A stretch of 64,000 nt of DNA from Methanothrix sp. Lineage in GTDB: Archaea > Halobacteriota > Methanosarcinia > Methanotrichales > Methanotrichaceae. The stretch lies in the NCBI GenBank assembly GCA_037128175.1, contig JBAXWY010000007.1, forward strand, positions 1-64,000, given 5' to 3'. A program made the translations under genes and the position numbers. This document shows, piece after piece, positions 1-8,800 of the stretch. Within the stretch, counting starts at the first letter, position 1. Each line of letters opens with the position of its first letter. The notes under the pieces were generated by a model. It saw nothing but the letters and a program-made list of their open reading frames with translations. It was not told where the DNA came from and searched no databases.

Positions 1-128
1 CTTCGATCGATCGGAAGACCATCAATGGCCTTCTCCTCTCGGGCAGGGTTGCAAGGTCTGTAGCGTTTTTTGTCTTCGATCGATCGGAAGACCATCAATG
101 GCCTTCTCCTCTCGGGCAGGGTTGCAAG
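1..128. repeat. 55-bp direct repeat, 2 copies (1-55, 74-128), partial third copy at 161-176
   Basis: CTTCGATCGATCGGAAGACCATCAATGGCCTTCTCCTCTCGGGCAGGGTTGCAAG read twice, period 73 bp. Confidence 0.9.
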
Positions 129-474
129 ATACAATGATACAATGATGATACAAAAGCGATCCATCAATGGCCTTCTGATCTCGATACGGATTGCGGCCCA
201 TTTCCAGACTTCCAGAATCTTCCAGGAATTTCCAGAAATTGCAAGGTCGGTAGGTCGGTAGCTTAATCCGGTAGGTTTGGTAGGTATCATGCCTGCCTGC
301 TATTTTCGCCGCCTTCTCGTGTCATCCCACAGCGCCGGGAAGATCGCCCGCTAGACCTAGGGATTCATTGAGGGAGAAAAAAGCCTCTTAAAATCGATTG
401 CAGAAATTATAAAAATAGAATAGATTAATCAGAGATCTCACCGCGCGCTTTCATCTTCTTGTCATGCTGGTCTT

Positions 475-813
475 TCAGAAAAGGGACAGTTGTTTAGATC
501 TCATCATGCCGTGGTGCCTTCCATGCATGTTTTTCATGTTCATGCGATGGTCTATAATCCTAAGATTCGTTCGCTTGTCGTTTAATCCATTACCGTCTAT
601 GTGATCCACAAGCTCGTTTCTTTGCAGTGGCCTGCCCACGATTCGCTCAAATATCAGCCTATGCATACCGATTTGTTTATTTCCTTCTATTCGTCTTCTT
701 GCATAGAATTGATATCCCCGTTTGTTTTCAACAGCGAACCAGCTCGATTTTGCCAGGTCTCCATCACACTCATCGATTTCAGCTATTTTGTCTTTAGTTA
801 GTTGAATCTGCAT
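475..813 (-). CDS. HNH endonuclease (HNH_3 / homing type)
   Basis: MHRLI...VDHIDGNGLNDKRTNLR motif. Confidence 0.85.
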   Translation of the reverse strand: MQIQLTKDKIAEIDECDGDLAKSSWFAVENKRGYQFYARRRIEGNKQIGMHRLIFERIVGRPLQRNELVDHIDGNGLNDKRTNLRIIDHRMNMKNMHGRHHGMMRSKQLSLF

Positions 814-893
814 GGTTTGTTTAAGCCCCCTGAGTATTCAAATAATTGGCCTTATCATATCGGTTCCTTACCTAACAGATTCTTATGGGCGTG

Positions 894-971
894 TTAGGTA
901 AGAAAGAGGGAGAGGAGCAACAGCACCGCGCCCACAATACCCACCAGGGTTAGTGCCGTCTCAGTGCTCAC
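894..971 (-). CDS. Putative 25-aa single-TM peptide (not in ORF track)
   Basis: GGAGG-preceded GTG; MSTETALTLVGIVGAVLLLLSLFLT*; alternative ATG at 989. Confidence 0.45.
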   Translation of the reverse strand: MSTETALTLVGIVGAVLLLLSLFLT

Positions 972-1133
972 CGTCTCCCTCCCTGGCATGGCCTGAGATC
1001 CTCATAAGTTCGGGCCTGGTCGTGTCCTGCTCCAGCACCGGCCAGAGCTCCATATCCGATCCTGCCCAAAATTGCCGCGTTCTTTTATCCAAAATTAATT
1101 CCTTCTAAAAAAGAATGGATCCGGAAATATCTA

Positions 1134-1364
1134 TCATTTCGCCGCCTTCTTTCGGTTCGTGCTCCTGGCAACGGCTCGGAGATTGTCTTTTCGATTGCTT
1201 CCGCCGTTGCTAATCGGGTTCTTGTGGTCGCATTCTCTCTTATCACCAACTGCAAGCCCTAACTTCGCCCGTGCAGCGTTTCGCTGTGAGCGAGCCGCTA
1301 CTTGGGCAGGCTTGCCGTGAAAATCGCGGTATTCCTTCGCATAGTCGCGTTTCTTTTCGACCAT
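1134..1364 (-). CDS. Small phage-type HNH endonuclease
   Basis: RDYAKEY...CDHKNPISNGGSNRKDNLR...NRKK. Confidence 0.85.
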   Translation of the reverse strand: MVEKKRDYAKEYRDFHGKPAQVAARSQRNAARAKLGLAVGDKRECDHKNPISNGGSNRKDNLRAVARSTNRKKAAK

Positions 1365-1368
1365 GTTA

Positions 1369-2010
1369 TCAGCATCCCACGCCGCTCAGGATGTCCTCGA
1401 TTCTCTCCAGCCTCGGCACTAAATCGGCAAGCTCCGCCTTTGCTTTGGCAATCCGGGCTTCGGCTCCTGCCTTTTTGGCCTGGTAAATTGGATCTTCTGC
1501 TAGGGATTCTTCAGCTGATTTGCTTTTCCCAAAATTCTTTTGGATAGCAGCACTTGCCCAACTGGAGAGCACTGACCGCGCTTGCCTCTCTGCTCCCGCG
1601 AGGCTATCCCTCTGGCTTCTCATCTCGTCCAGCCATCCACAGCCAACCGAATCAAGCTCACGCATCGCTATTTCAAGGCGGGTGATCTGCTCGCTATGCT
1701 CCCTGATAGTGGTTTGGATAGTGTCGTACTTCTCGCGGTTAGCGATCCTGAAAGTTATGCCGTTCTTGCCTTCGACCGCTTCAAGGCATCCCATTGTCGA
1801 ACTTCGGATCATCGGCAACTGATCAACCAGCACCTTCCAGCGATGCACCAGAACGAACGTGCGGTCTTGTGCGTGGTGTCTCGCGTGTGCGTCGTGTGGA
1901 TCTGCCCTAAGAAGGGAGAGGCGGGCCGCCACGAAGGGCAACTGCTCAATGGGCATCACAGCGCCGGGCGTGGGACCGCTGGAGACCTCTTGCACTTTGG
2001 CGGCGCTCAT
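1369..2010 (-). CDS. Hypothetical coiled-coil protein of the element
   Basis: 213-aa ORF, GAGGTGA SD, 4-bp overlap with upstream gene. Confidence 0.7.
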   Translation of the reverse strand: MSAAKVQEVSSGPTPGAVMPIEQLPFVAARLSLLRADPHDAHARHHAQDRTFVLVHRWKVLVDQLPMIRSSTMGCLEAVEGKNGITFRIANREKYDTIQTTIREHSEQITRLEIAMRELDSVGCGWLDEMRSQRDSLAGAERQARSVLSSWASAAIQKNFGKSKSAEESLAEDPIYQAKKAGAEARIAKAKAELADLVPRLERIEDILSGVGC

Positions 2011-2348
2011 AAGCTCACCTCGATTGGGGATTTTGCGAGAAGGTCACTCTTTCTCACCTTCAAGCTGGTAAGCCTCTGGTAGAGAGGGTCAGGGTTGGTT
2101 AGCCGGGTCGTTGCTTCATGGACTGCCTGCTCTGTTGTGGCTATCTGCTCATCTATGGCCTCTATCTGCTCTCGGAGGTTAGCCGGGGCAGTCATCGCAT
2201 CCACACTAAGAAGCCTTTGCTTCTTCATTTTCAAGGAGATTACCCGCTCCTGTATGCGAATCATCTCATCCATGTTCATGTTATCGGAAATCTGCTTTTC
2301 CAAGCCGGATATTTCAGCATCCAGCGCCTCAATTTGTGGGTTTGGCAT
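2007..2348 (-). CDS. Hypothetical coiled-coil protein
   Basis: Internally duplicated QIEA(L/I)DxxI...R(V/L)xSLKx(K/R)K helical hairpins; GAGGT SD. Confidence 0.7.
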   Translation of the reverse strand: MPNPQIEALDAEISGLEKQISDNMNMDEMIRIQERVISLKMKKQRLLSVDAMTAPANLREQIEAIDEQIATTEQAVHEATTRLTNPDPLYQRLTSLKVRKSDLLAKSPIEVSL

Positions 2349-2389
2349 TTGTATAACCTCTTTGACATCACACCGGAAGGGAGGAACCC

Positions 2390-2707
2390 TTAACCGGCTT
2401 TATGATGTGCCGGGATAGGCCCGGCTGCCTCTCTACGTTCTCGGAGTCTGCCTATGAGGCGAGAGAGCCGGGCATCCAGCTCGACCGGGTTCATCGCCGC
2501 AACCTGCCCACACTCGGGGCATGTAGGGCTTGGTTCGGGCAGCGTCCACAAGGCAACGCGCGGCTTGCCTGCTACCAGCGCATCAACGCACGCGCCCAAC
2601 CTTTCCTTCTTCTCCGCTTCTGGTATAGCCGCCCATGCCTGACAGTACGGGCAGCCTTCTGGCTCCATTTTCGCTATGCGCTTAAGGAGATACTCTAATC
2701 GCCTCAT
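2390..2707 (-). CDS. Hypothetical protein with CxxC...CxxC Zn-binding motifs
   Basis: CPYC and CPECG; likely start MRRLEY at 2707. Confidence 0.65.
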   Translation of the reverse strand: MRRLEYLLKRIAKMEPEGCPYCQAWAAIPEAEKKERLGACVDALVAGKPRVALWTLPEPSPTCPECGQVAAMNPVELDARLSRLIGRLRERREAAGPIPAHHKAG

Positions 2708-2996
2708 TTTCGACAATCTCCTTAGACATGCTGGAAATACTTGTGAACAAAATCCCATGCTCGGTTGGTAGCGGTTTACGTTTTGCCCACATGGTTACAT
2801 CTGTCAGAACTTCCTGTGAAAGGGGCTCGGGGGTTTGCCCCAACTGCAGTGCCGTACAGAACTCCAGCAAATCAACAAACATATCCAGCAACGGCACTTT
2901 TGGGATCCACTTTGAACCGTCTTCCAAAACAATCGCTTCCTGAAAGGTTGCCGCTTCGATGGCTTCCAACCTCTTTTTTAACAGATCAAATCTCAT
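2682..2996 (-). CDS. Hypothetical protein
   Basis: ATGA overlap with upstream ORF; N-terminal LKKRLEAIE. Confidence 0.7.
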   Translation of the reverse strand: MRFDLLKKRLEAIEAATFQEAIVLEDGSKWIPKVPLLDMFVDLLEFCTALQLGQTPEPLSQEVLTDVTMWAKRKPLPTEHGILFTSISSMSKEIVENEAIRVSP

Positions 2997-3214
2997 TTTT
3001 TCTCACGCTCCAGCTCCGACAATCTCTTTTCTATATCCTCGATTTTTTCAACCTCATAGGCTTTGAGCCACACATTGAGCATTTGCACAATCGTTCCGCC
3101 GTCCTTCTCAAAGGGCAATTTGCCCGTCTCGGCAACGTCACGAAGCCAATTTTTAATGAGGTTTCGGACATCGCCGGGATTACTCAATTTCAATCTCTTA
3201 GTAATGATAATCAC
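2993..3214 (-). CDS. Small helical protein ending IEKRLSELE (possible terminase-small-subunit-like)
   Basis: C-terminal part of ORF 2993..3331; probable start near GGTGA at ~3205-3214. Confidence 0.6.
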   Translation of the reverse strand: MIIITKRLKLSNPGDVRNLIKNWLRDVAETGKLPFEKDGGTIVQMLNVWLKAYEVEKIEDIEKRLSELEREKK

Positions 3215-3435
3215 CTTTTTATAATTTCTAAGTTGGGGAGGGGTCCGCCAATTGCGGTTTGTCGTACTTGGTGCGGTCGTATCCCTTCGCCCTGGCCTGC
3301 TCTCGGGCCTTTCGCCTGGCATTGCTGGCATTGCTTCGCATGATGTCGTTTCTTGCCTTCCGGTTTCGGCTCTTTCCTCGGCTCATGGCCTCTCTTGCTC
3401 CTGGTTTCTCTTTGGGCTATTTCGGTAAGTCTCAT
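3211..3435 (-). CDS. Basic hypothetical protein
   Basis: 74-aa ORF co-oriented and overlapping next gene by 4 bp. Confidence 0.4.
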   Translation of the reverse strand: MRLTEIAQRETRSKRGHEPRKEPKPEGKKRHHAKQCQQCQAKGPRAGQGEGIRPHQVRQTAIGGPLPNLEIIKR

Positions 3436-3656
3436 AATCAGTTGGCTTTCGGTTCGGGTACATCATTTCCCGCAAAGAATCGCGGCTACTGTTATCGTCT
3501 TTGTCACTCATGCTGATCCGGCTCCTGGTCGCTTGCCATTTAGGATATTATCTATCTTCCTGATTTCATCTGATGCATATACAATTGTTTCAATTAAATG
3601 CTTCCTCAATTTAAGAAGAGGAGAGGAGCCTTCGGGCTCTATCATGCCTTCTCCTC

Positions 3657-6623
3657 TCATCGGGCCGGATAGCCACAGCCAACCACGGCACAATAGATTT
3701 TACCGCTCTTCTCGACGGTCCCTTTGCCGGTGAGATCCTGCCCACATTTGGCACATACCAAGGGAGGCTTCGGCAAGTTCGCGGCGGTACAACCAGTATC
3801 TAGCGGTTTAGTTCGCACAAAGTCCGCATCGGTTCGGCACAAAGTTCGCGGGGGCAAATCGCTATCTAGTGGTAGTAAGTTCGCAAGTTCGCCAGATTTC
3901 GCCCACGTGAGAGAGAGAATATTATTTTCATCCAAGGGAGAGGGTTCGCATAATATGTCCTCTCTCATATCCTTATATTCTACGAACTTACGAACTATCT
4001 CTCTACCAGACTCGTTTTTGACCTGCGAACTTCCCGCGAACTCATACGAACCTGACGAACAATCTCGCTTGATAGTGGTTTCGTCAGAGAGATATACGGC
4101 CTTGCCATAAGCCGCCAGGATGTCATAGTCTTCTGGTAATCGGTAGACTTTCCGGCGCTTCGTTTGCCGGGTGTCTTCATCGATTCGCTTTTGGGTGCTT
4201 TCGTCTTCCTCGGTCAGAGCCGGGCACTTGTGCAGCAACCCGTATTTCGCCTGCCCATCTCGGCTTCGGCCATTGAAGATGTCAGCTAACCCACCCTTGG
4301 ATATGCCGGTCTTTGTCATCACCATTTCGCGTGTAGCCTCTCCGTCGAGGTCCTTTATGGCCTGCAGTACCCTAAGTTCGCCGGGCGTGTACTTGGTGTC
4401 ACCGTGGCCTCGTATGGCATTGAAAAAGATTTCAGCATCTTTATAATCTTCATAGGATGCAACCACAGCACCGGCACTATCACGCGCCCTTATGCGATGT
4501 CTCCAGATTGCAAATGAGGAGACCAGGTCCGCAAATATGGTTGCTCCTCTCGGATCACCTGCGAACTCAATGTTATCAGAAAATGGAATTACCACATCAA
4601 ACAATACTTTTTTAAGTATGGATATTATCGCCTGACAGACTTCCAGCTCCCTAGAATCGAATGCCGCCGCGCCGCTCTTCCGTTGCAGGAAGATGAAATC
4701 GATGACTTCTCTGGTATGTTTCGCGGTTTCCGTGGTGTCAATCCTGAGCAATCTATCACGAATCTGTTCGTCGGTTTGATCATCGGCCGTGGTCAGCCAA
4801 AAGATGATTCTTGGTGCCGTCTTGAACTGCTTAATTTCGTGGTCTACAACAACGGTATGCGTTGCCCCTTCCCGGTAAAACGTGGTGCACGTCTTGAACA
4901 TTTGGGCAGCTTGATCATTCCAGCCAATATCATCCAGATAGACCACCGCGCCGGCGGGCAACCTCTCGCCCAAGTAGTACAGTGCTTTGGGGCTTGCACT
5001 GCCTACCAGTAAGTGACTTCCGGGTATGGCCTCAGATGCCTTCTCAGCGCCGTCACTCTTCCCGGACCCTCGCGGGCCACATGCATGAATATGCACACCC
5101 TTTGATGAGATGCAAGATTGTGCACCTATCGATAAGAATAGACCTTTTCCTAAGTTTTCATCGCCGTGGTGTCGCTTCTGCCAGACCTGGTATGCATACT
5201 CAAAACCCCTGCCTTCATCAAGTATCTTGTTTGCCTCGGCGAGGACATCCGGCGAGACTTCTTCCAGCTCCTTTGCCGCCTCGTTTGCCGCTAGTTCGCT
5301 TAGTTCGCGGGCCTTGCCGTCTACTTTCTTGTTAAGATCTCGGAGAGATACCAGGCCCTTCAGGATCGCCCTTATGCGTTCATACTCGGGCTGATTCTGC
5401 CTTTTGACGATTGCCAGGGCCTCGATATATTTGGCCTCAAATGGTAAGCCTGGGTCAGGGCTTAACTTCATTTGGTCTCTGAGATCAGTGACTAAAAGCA
5501 GCGCTTCGCCTACGTCCATGCTCGCCGCGGTCGGGCATCCAGACCTTGATTCTAGTATCTCCTCAGAGACCAGGCCCCTTTTTACGGCGTGCTCCAGCGT
5601 TGCCCTTACTGTCTGCGAATCCTTCAGCACGCCGGCACCGGCCCGCGCCCACGGTACAGCGCCGCACTCACATGCAAGCCATACCCACGGATCGCCGCCC
5701 GCGTTAATGCCGTTGTGCATCCAGCAATAATTATTTTTTGCTGGATTCACTACCAGGTTTTTGCCGGTTGTGCTGCCTTCCGTGGGATGAGGCCCAGAAA
5801 GCTGCCCGCCGCTTTCGATAAATCCCCTGGTATCTATCACATCCAGTATATCAAGTGCTGGAAACCGGCCCTTGCCTTCTGCATTTTTTGATTTTTCTGT
5901 GTGCTTAGACTTCCCGGCCCGGTTTTTATCAGGATCCGTCACAAAATCCTTTAGGGCAACGGATAGCGCGGCGGTGCTGTCGCTGTCCCTGATCGGAAAG
6001 CTGAGCTCTTCCAGCTTCATGCCGGTTATGCTGAGGTGCCGGTTTGCTTCGTAGAGCTCCAGCCCATTGAAGGCAGGCTGTCCTTTCGCTATTTTCTTGT
6101 GGGCATCCGGCTTTGCGGTTAGTATCGCTTCTTTATCTGCCTCGGTTAGATCGTCCTGGCAACCGTGGCCAAAGACATTATCAAGTTCGTTGGGCAGGTG
6201 TCCCCAACAGAAAAACCTTAGACCGGCACCGGAAGGACTTATTTCAGTATAAAAGGGCAAGATATCTTGCAAGAAAGCCGCCGCCCATGCCGAGATTGTG
6301 CCGGTGTCGGGATTTCGACAGCAATCAAGATCACCGCCCAACGGTCTCTTAACTTCGGGGCTGCTCCTGGCAACCAGGAAGCCTATTCCCGTTGCCGGTT
6401 GCATCTTGCCATCGCTCCAGACTTTAGCACCTCTCTGCAAGGCTTCTTCTGCCTCGGCTAAAGTCATCCAGTCTTCCCGGTGCAGGGGCCAGCCGGAAGA
6501 GGTGAAAGAGTTTGCGCGGTTGCCGTCTCTTATGTAAGGCTGCTTTCCGCACCTTATACAAAACTGAGGTAGGTTCGCCAGCTCAGGGGGAAGGGGTGCG
6601 GGAAGGGGGCCGCCATTGGACAT
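3657..6623 (-). CDS. AEP primase-polymerase fused to P-loop helicase/ATPase (replication protein)
   Basis: GIGF...GGDLD...YTEISPSG..LELY...SITG (NrS-1-like prim-pol), Zn-finger-like HP..GS...GGD segment, Walker A GPRGSGKS, C-terminal CxxC..C..C. Confidence 0.85.
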   Translation of the reverse strand: MSNGGPLPAPLPPELANLPQFCIRCGKQPYIRDGNRANSFTSSGWPLHREDWMTLAEAEEALQRGAKVWSDGKMQPATGIGFLVARSSPEVKRPLGGDLDCCRNPDTGTISAWAAAFLQDILPFYTEISPSGAGLRFFCWGHLPNELDNVFGHGCQDDLTEADKEAILTAKPDAHKKIAKGQPAFNGLELYEANRHLSITGMKLEELSFPIRDSDSTAALSVALKDFVTDPDKNRAGKSKHTEKSKNAEGKGRFPALDILDVIDTRGFIESGGQLSGPHPTEGSTTGKNLVVNPAKNNYCWMHNGINAGGDPWVWLACECGAVPWARAGAGVLKDSQTVRATLEHAVKRGLVSEEILESRSGCPTAASMDVGEALLLVTDLRDQMKLSPDPGLPFEAKYIEALAIVKRQNQPEYERIRAILKGLVSLRDLNKKVDGKARELSELAANEAAKELEEVSPDVLAEANKILDEGRGFEYAYQVWQKRHHGDENLGKGLFLSIGAQSCISSKGVHIHACGPRGSGKSDGAEKASEAIPGSHLLVGSASPKALYYLGERLPAGAVVYLDDIGWNDQAAQMFKTCTTFYREGATHTVVVDHEIKQFKTAPRIIFWLTTADDQTDEQIRDRLLRIDTTETAKHTREVIDFIFLQRKSGAAAFDSRELEVCQAIISILKKVLFDVVIPFSDNIEFAGDPRGATIFADLVSSFAIWRHRIRARDSAGAVVASYEDYKDAEIFFNAIRGHGDTKYTPGELRVLQAIKDLDGEATREMVMTKTGISKGGLADIFNGRSRDGQAKYGLLHKCPALTEEDESTQKRIDEDTRQTKRRKVYRLPEDYDILAAYGKAVYLSDETTIKRDCSSGSYEFAGSSQVKNESGREIVRKFVEYKDMREDILCEPSPLDENNILSLTWAKSGELANLLPLDSDLPPRTLCRTDADFVRTKPLDTGCTAANLPKPPLVCAKCGQDLTGKGTVEKSGKIYCAVVGCGYPAR
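3777..4060. repeat. Converging pentamer arrays (7x GTTCG then 6x CGAAC), putative element replication origin
   Basis: GTTCG at 3777,3811,3832,3844,3879,3887,3944; CGAAC at 3983,3991,4026,4037,4047,4056; AT-richer centre. Confidence 0.7.
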
Positions 6624-6850
6624 TAAGAAACCTCACGCACATGATATTTACCATCCAGCCGTAGGCAAGCCACTTCCCGCCCGATCATTTCGCGGAGCTT
6701 CGGCTCCAGCTCTTCCGGGAAAGCCACGGCGCCGAACTTGAACCCGGCAATGGCGAATCCATCCCTGAGAAAAACGGTAAGCAGAACGTCGCGGGCCTCT
6801 TCCAGCTCCGATAGCCGGCGCGGTTCGGAGCCGGTAGGATGATCGCTCAT
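6623..6850 (-). CDS. Small hypothetical protein
   Basis: TAATG overlap with primase start; start MSDHPT. Confidence 0.6.
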   Translation of the reverse strand: MSDHPTGSEPRRLSELEEARDVLLTVFLRDGFAIAGFKFGAVAFPEELEPKLREMIGREVACLRLDGKYHVREVS

Positions 6851-7080
6851 GTTCGCCGCCTTCTGCCGCACCGGCAAAAATCGGACCTGGCAAAGATATC
6901 TGAAAGATCATCGTCGCCGAGCATCCGGCGTGGCTTCATGCACACGCCACAGAACGCGCGGTTTTCAGATACTTCGGGTGCTTTTCGTTGGTCGAGGAAA
7001 GTCTTAAATTCTAAGCAATCGTAAAACATTACAGGTAACTCCTGTGGTCGCAATCGGAGAGCCGTTCGCCCTGAGGCCAT
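6847..7080 (-). CDS. Small Cys-rich hypothetical protein
   Basis: CxxC...CxC; ATGA overlap with downstream gene; start uncertain. Confidence 0.45.
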   Translation of the reverse strand: MASGRTALRLRPQELPVMFYDCLEFKTFLDQRKAPEVSENRAFCGVCMKPRRMLGDDDLSDIFARSDFCRCGRRRRT

Positions 7081-7107
7081 GCCCGTGGCCTCTTGGCATA
7101 TCGTTTT

Positions 7108-7278
7108 TCATGCTCCTCCCTGAATTGGCGAGATCTTCAGAGAGCCATCATCTAGCATTTCTATAGACACTTTATCGCCTTTTTCAATTCGTTTTGATTT
7201 CGTCCAGACCAACGGCAGATTAACAAAACTGCAGTTGTTGATGCGCTGGATTTTTCGTGATCCAAGAGCCAGACCCAT
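7108..7278 (-). CDS. AbrB/MazE-type DNA-binding protein, 56 aa (not in ORF track)
   Basis: MGLALGSRKIQRINNCSFVNLPLVWTKSKRIEKGDKVSIEMLDDGSLKISP; GGTGA SD. Confidence 0.8.
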   Translation of the reverse strand: MGLALGSRKIQRINNCSFVNLPLVWTKSKRIEKGDKVSIEMLDDGSLKISPIQGGA

Positions 7279-7395
7279 GCTCACCCTAATGATAAGCTAG
7301 AATATATATTAATTGTTGGATTTTGTGTGCAAAAAGTACAACAAATTCGATGCGTAGCGAAAATTTTATCAACCATAGCGGCCAATTGAAAAAAG

Positions 7396-7944
7396 GTGCC
7401 ACGAATCCTAACTGATCCCCAACTGACAACACTTTGCTATCTTGCAATAAATGAGATGGGATATTCTTCAACTGAATTAGTGAAAATGCTCGATAGTTCC
7501 CGATTAAAAATGGATAAACCAAGATTCTCAAGGGATATTCTTAAACCGTTGCTGGAAAAAAAGTGGATAACAATTGAAAAATCATCTGGAAATTATCGCC
7601 CCGGAAGGCCAAAAGAGATTCTGAAAATAACAAGAGACATATCAACAATATTCGAAATTGCTACATTTGCTTTAATGAAAGAGAAGGAATATGAGATAAA
7701 AAATATAGAAATCCATAAAGAGGCACAAAACCATGCGGATGATGTCGATTTTGATCCCGAATCGTGGGATCTCAAAATAGACAAAATAGAAACATCCCTA
7801 GAATTCTATGCTTATACAAGCAGCACATTTTACGAATTAAAGGAAAGTCTATTCTCGGATATTATGCGGAGGGCAGCCGGATCAACTGAGTCTAAATCCC
7901 CAACTGTGGAATGCACGCCAAATAAGCCTCTTTCAGCTCCTTAA
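7396..7944 (+). CDS. Winged-helix transcription regulator
   Basis: N-terminal wHTH pattern (LKPLLEKKWI...GRPK); divergent from AbrB gene. Confidence 0.7.
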   Translation: MPRILTDPQLTTLCYLAINEMGYSSTELVKMLDSSRLKMDKPRFSRDILKPLLEKKWITIEKSSGNYRPGRPKEILKITRDISTIFEIATFALMKEKEYEIKNIEIHKEAQNHADDVDFDPESWDLKIDKIETSLEFYAYTSSTFYELKESLFSDIMRRAAGSTESKSPTVECTPNKPLSAP

Positions 7945-8800
7945 GGTCTATGTGGTTGTACAGATCAAATGCCTCTTTCCGACTATCGCCCCTCAGCTCC
8001 TTGATGTACTCTCGCCTCATCCCTGCCCGGAAGAGGTGAGTACAGAACCAATGCCGGCAACAGTGCGGGCCGAAATGGTCCTCAAGCCGCTCGGACTCAG
8101 GATTATGTAGGCCGGTGCGCCTGGCCGCTTCCACTACCAGGTTATAGACTCCTGATCTGTTAAGCCGCTCTCCTTCATGATTCAAGAACAGCGCCGCGTT
8201 GCCCTTCGGGTTCATGCCTTCCCGAATCTTCAACCAGCGCCTGAGGAGATAGGCCGCCTCATCGTCAAAGAATACCGTTCGGTTGGTCCTCTTCGCGGTT
8301 GGCTTCAACCTGGCCTTATTTTCGATCAAGTCCACATCGGAGACATCCAGCTCTACCAGTTCATGCCGCCTTATGCCGGTCTTTGCCAGGAGTGCGATAA
8401 CCGCCTTATCTCTGATATCCATGGTGCAATTGATCAGATTGGCCATATCTTCCACAGAAATGAGCTTACGGGCCTGGCCATCGTCATTATCTTTGTAGCG
8501 CTTCAAGTATCGCTTTCTGACGGCCAGCACGGGGTTCTTGTCCACAACCTCTTCATAAGTCAGATATTCGTAAAAGCTGGATAGAACACTGAAATAATTC
8601 TCAATGGTCTTCGTTGTCTTGCCTTGCCCTTTCAGGTAGCCAATGAATCCTCGGAGTGCTTCTTTATCCACACTGGAAATATCTTTGCCGTCTAGGAAGG
8701 CGCAAAAATTCTTCAAGCAGTAACCATAATGCAGAGCGGTTATCTTTGTCTTGCCACTCAGTTCAAGGTCTTGCAGAAAATCGTTTATCAAGCGATCCAT
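7892..8800 (-). CDS. Tyrosine recombinase/integrase (XerC/D-like)
   Basis: SAM-like N-terminus, TGIRRHEL (R), HCCRH (HxxR), LRGD...LYNH (catalytic Y). Confidence 0.95.
   Translation of the reverse strand: MDRLINDFLQDLELSGKTKITALHYGYCLKNFCAFLDGKDISSVDKEALRGFIGYLKGQGKTTKTIENYFSVLSSFYEYLTYEEVVDKNPVLAVRKRYLKRYKDNDDGQARKLISVEDMANLINCTMDIRDKAVIALLAKTGIRRHELVELDVSDVDLIENKARLKPTAKRTNRTVFFDDEAAYLLRRWLKIREGMNPKGNAALFLNHEGERLNRSGVYNLVVEAARRTGLHNPESERLEDHFGPHCCRHWFCTHLFRAGMRREYIKELRGDSRKEAFDLYNHIDLKELKEAYLACIPQLGI

Noticed and set aside
1-128. 55-bp repeat as a CRISPR array
   Set aside because: Repeat too long, an 18-bp spacer, only two full copies and no cas genes.
820-1130. HEARO/OMEGA-type guide RNA beside HNH genes
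   Set aside because: The HNH proteins are 76-112 aa with no RuvC/IscB features; the region is better explained by a small ORF and hairpin.
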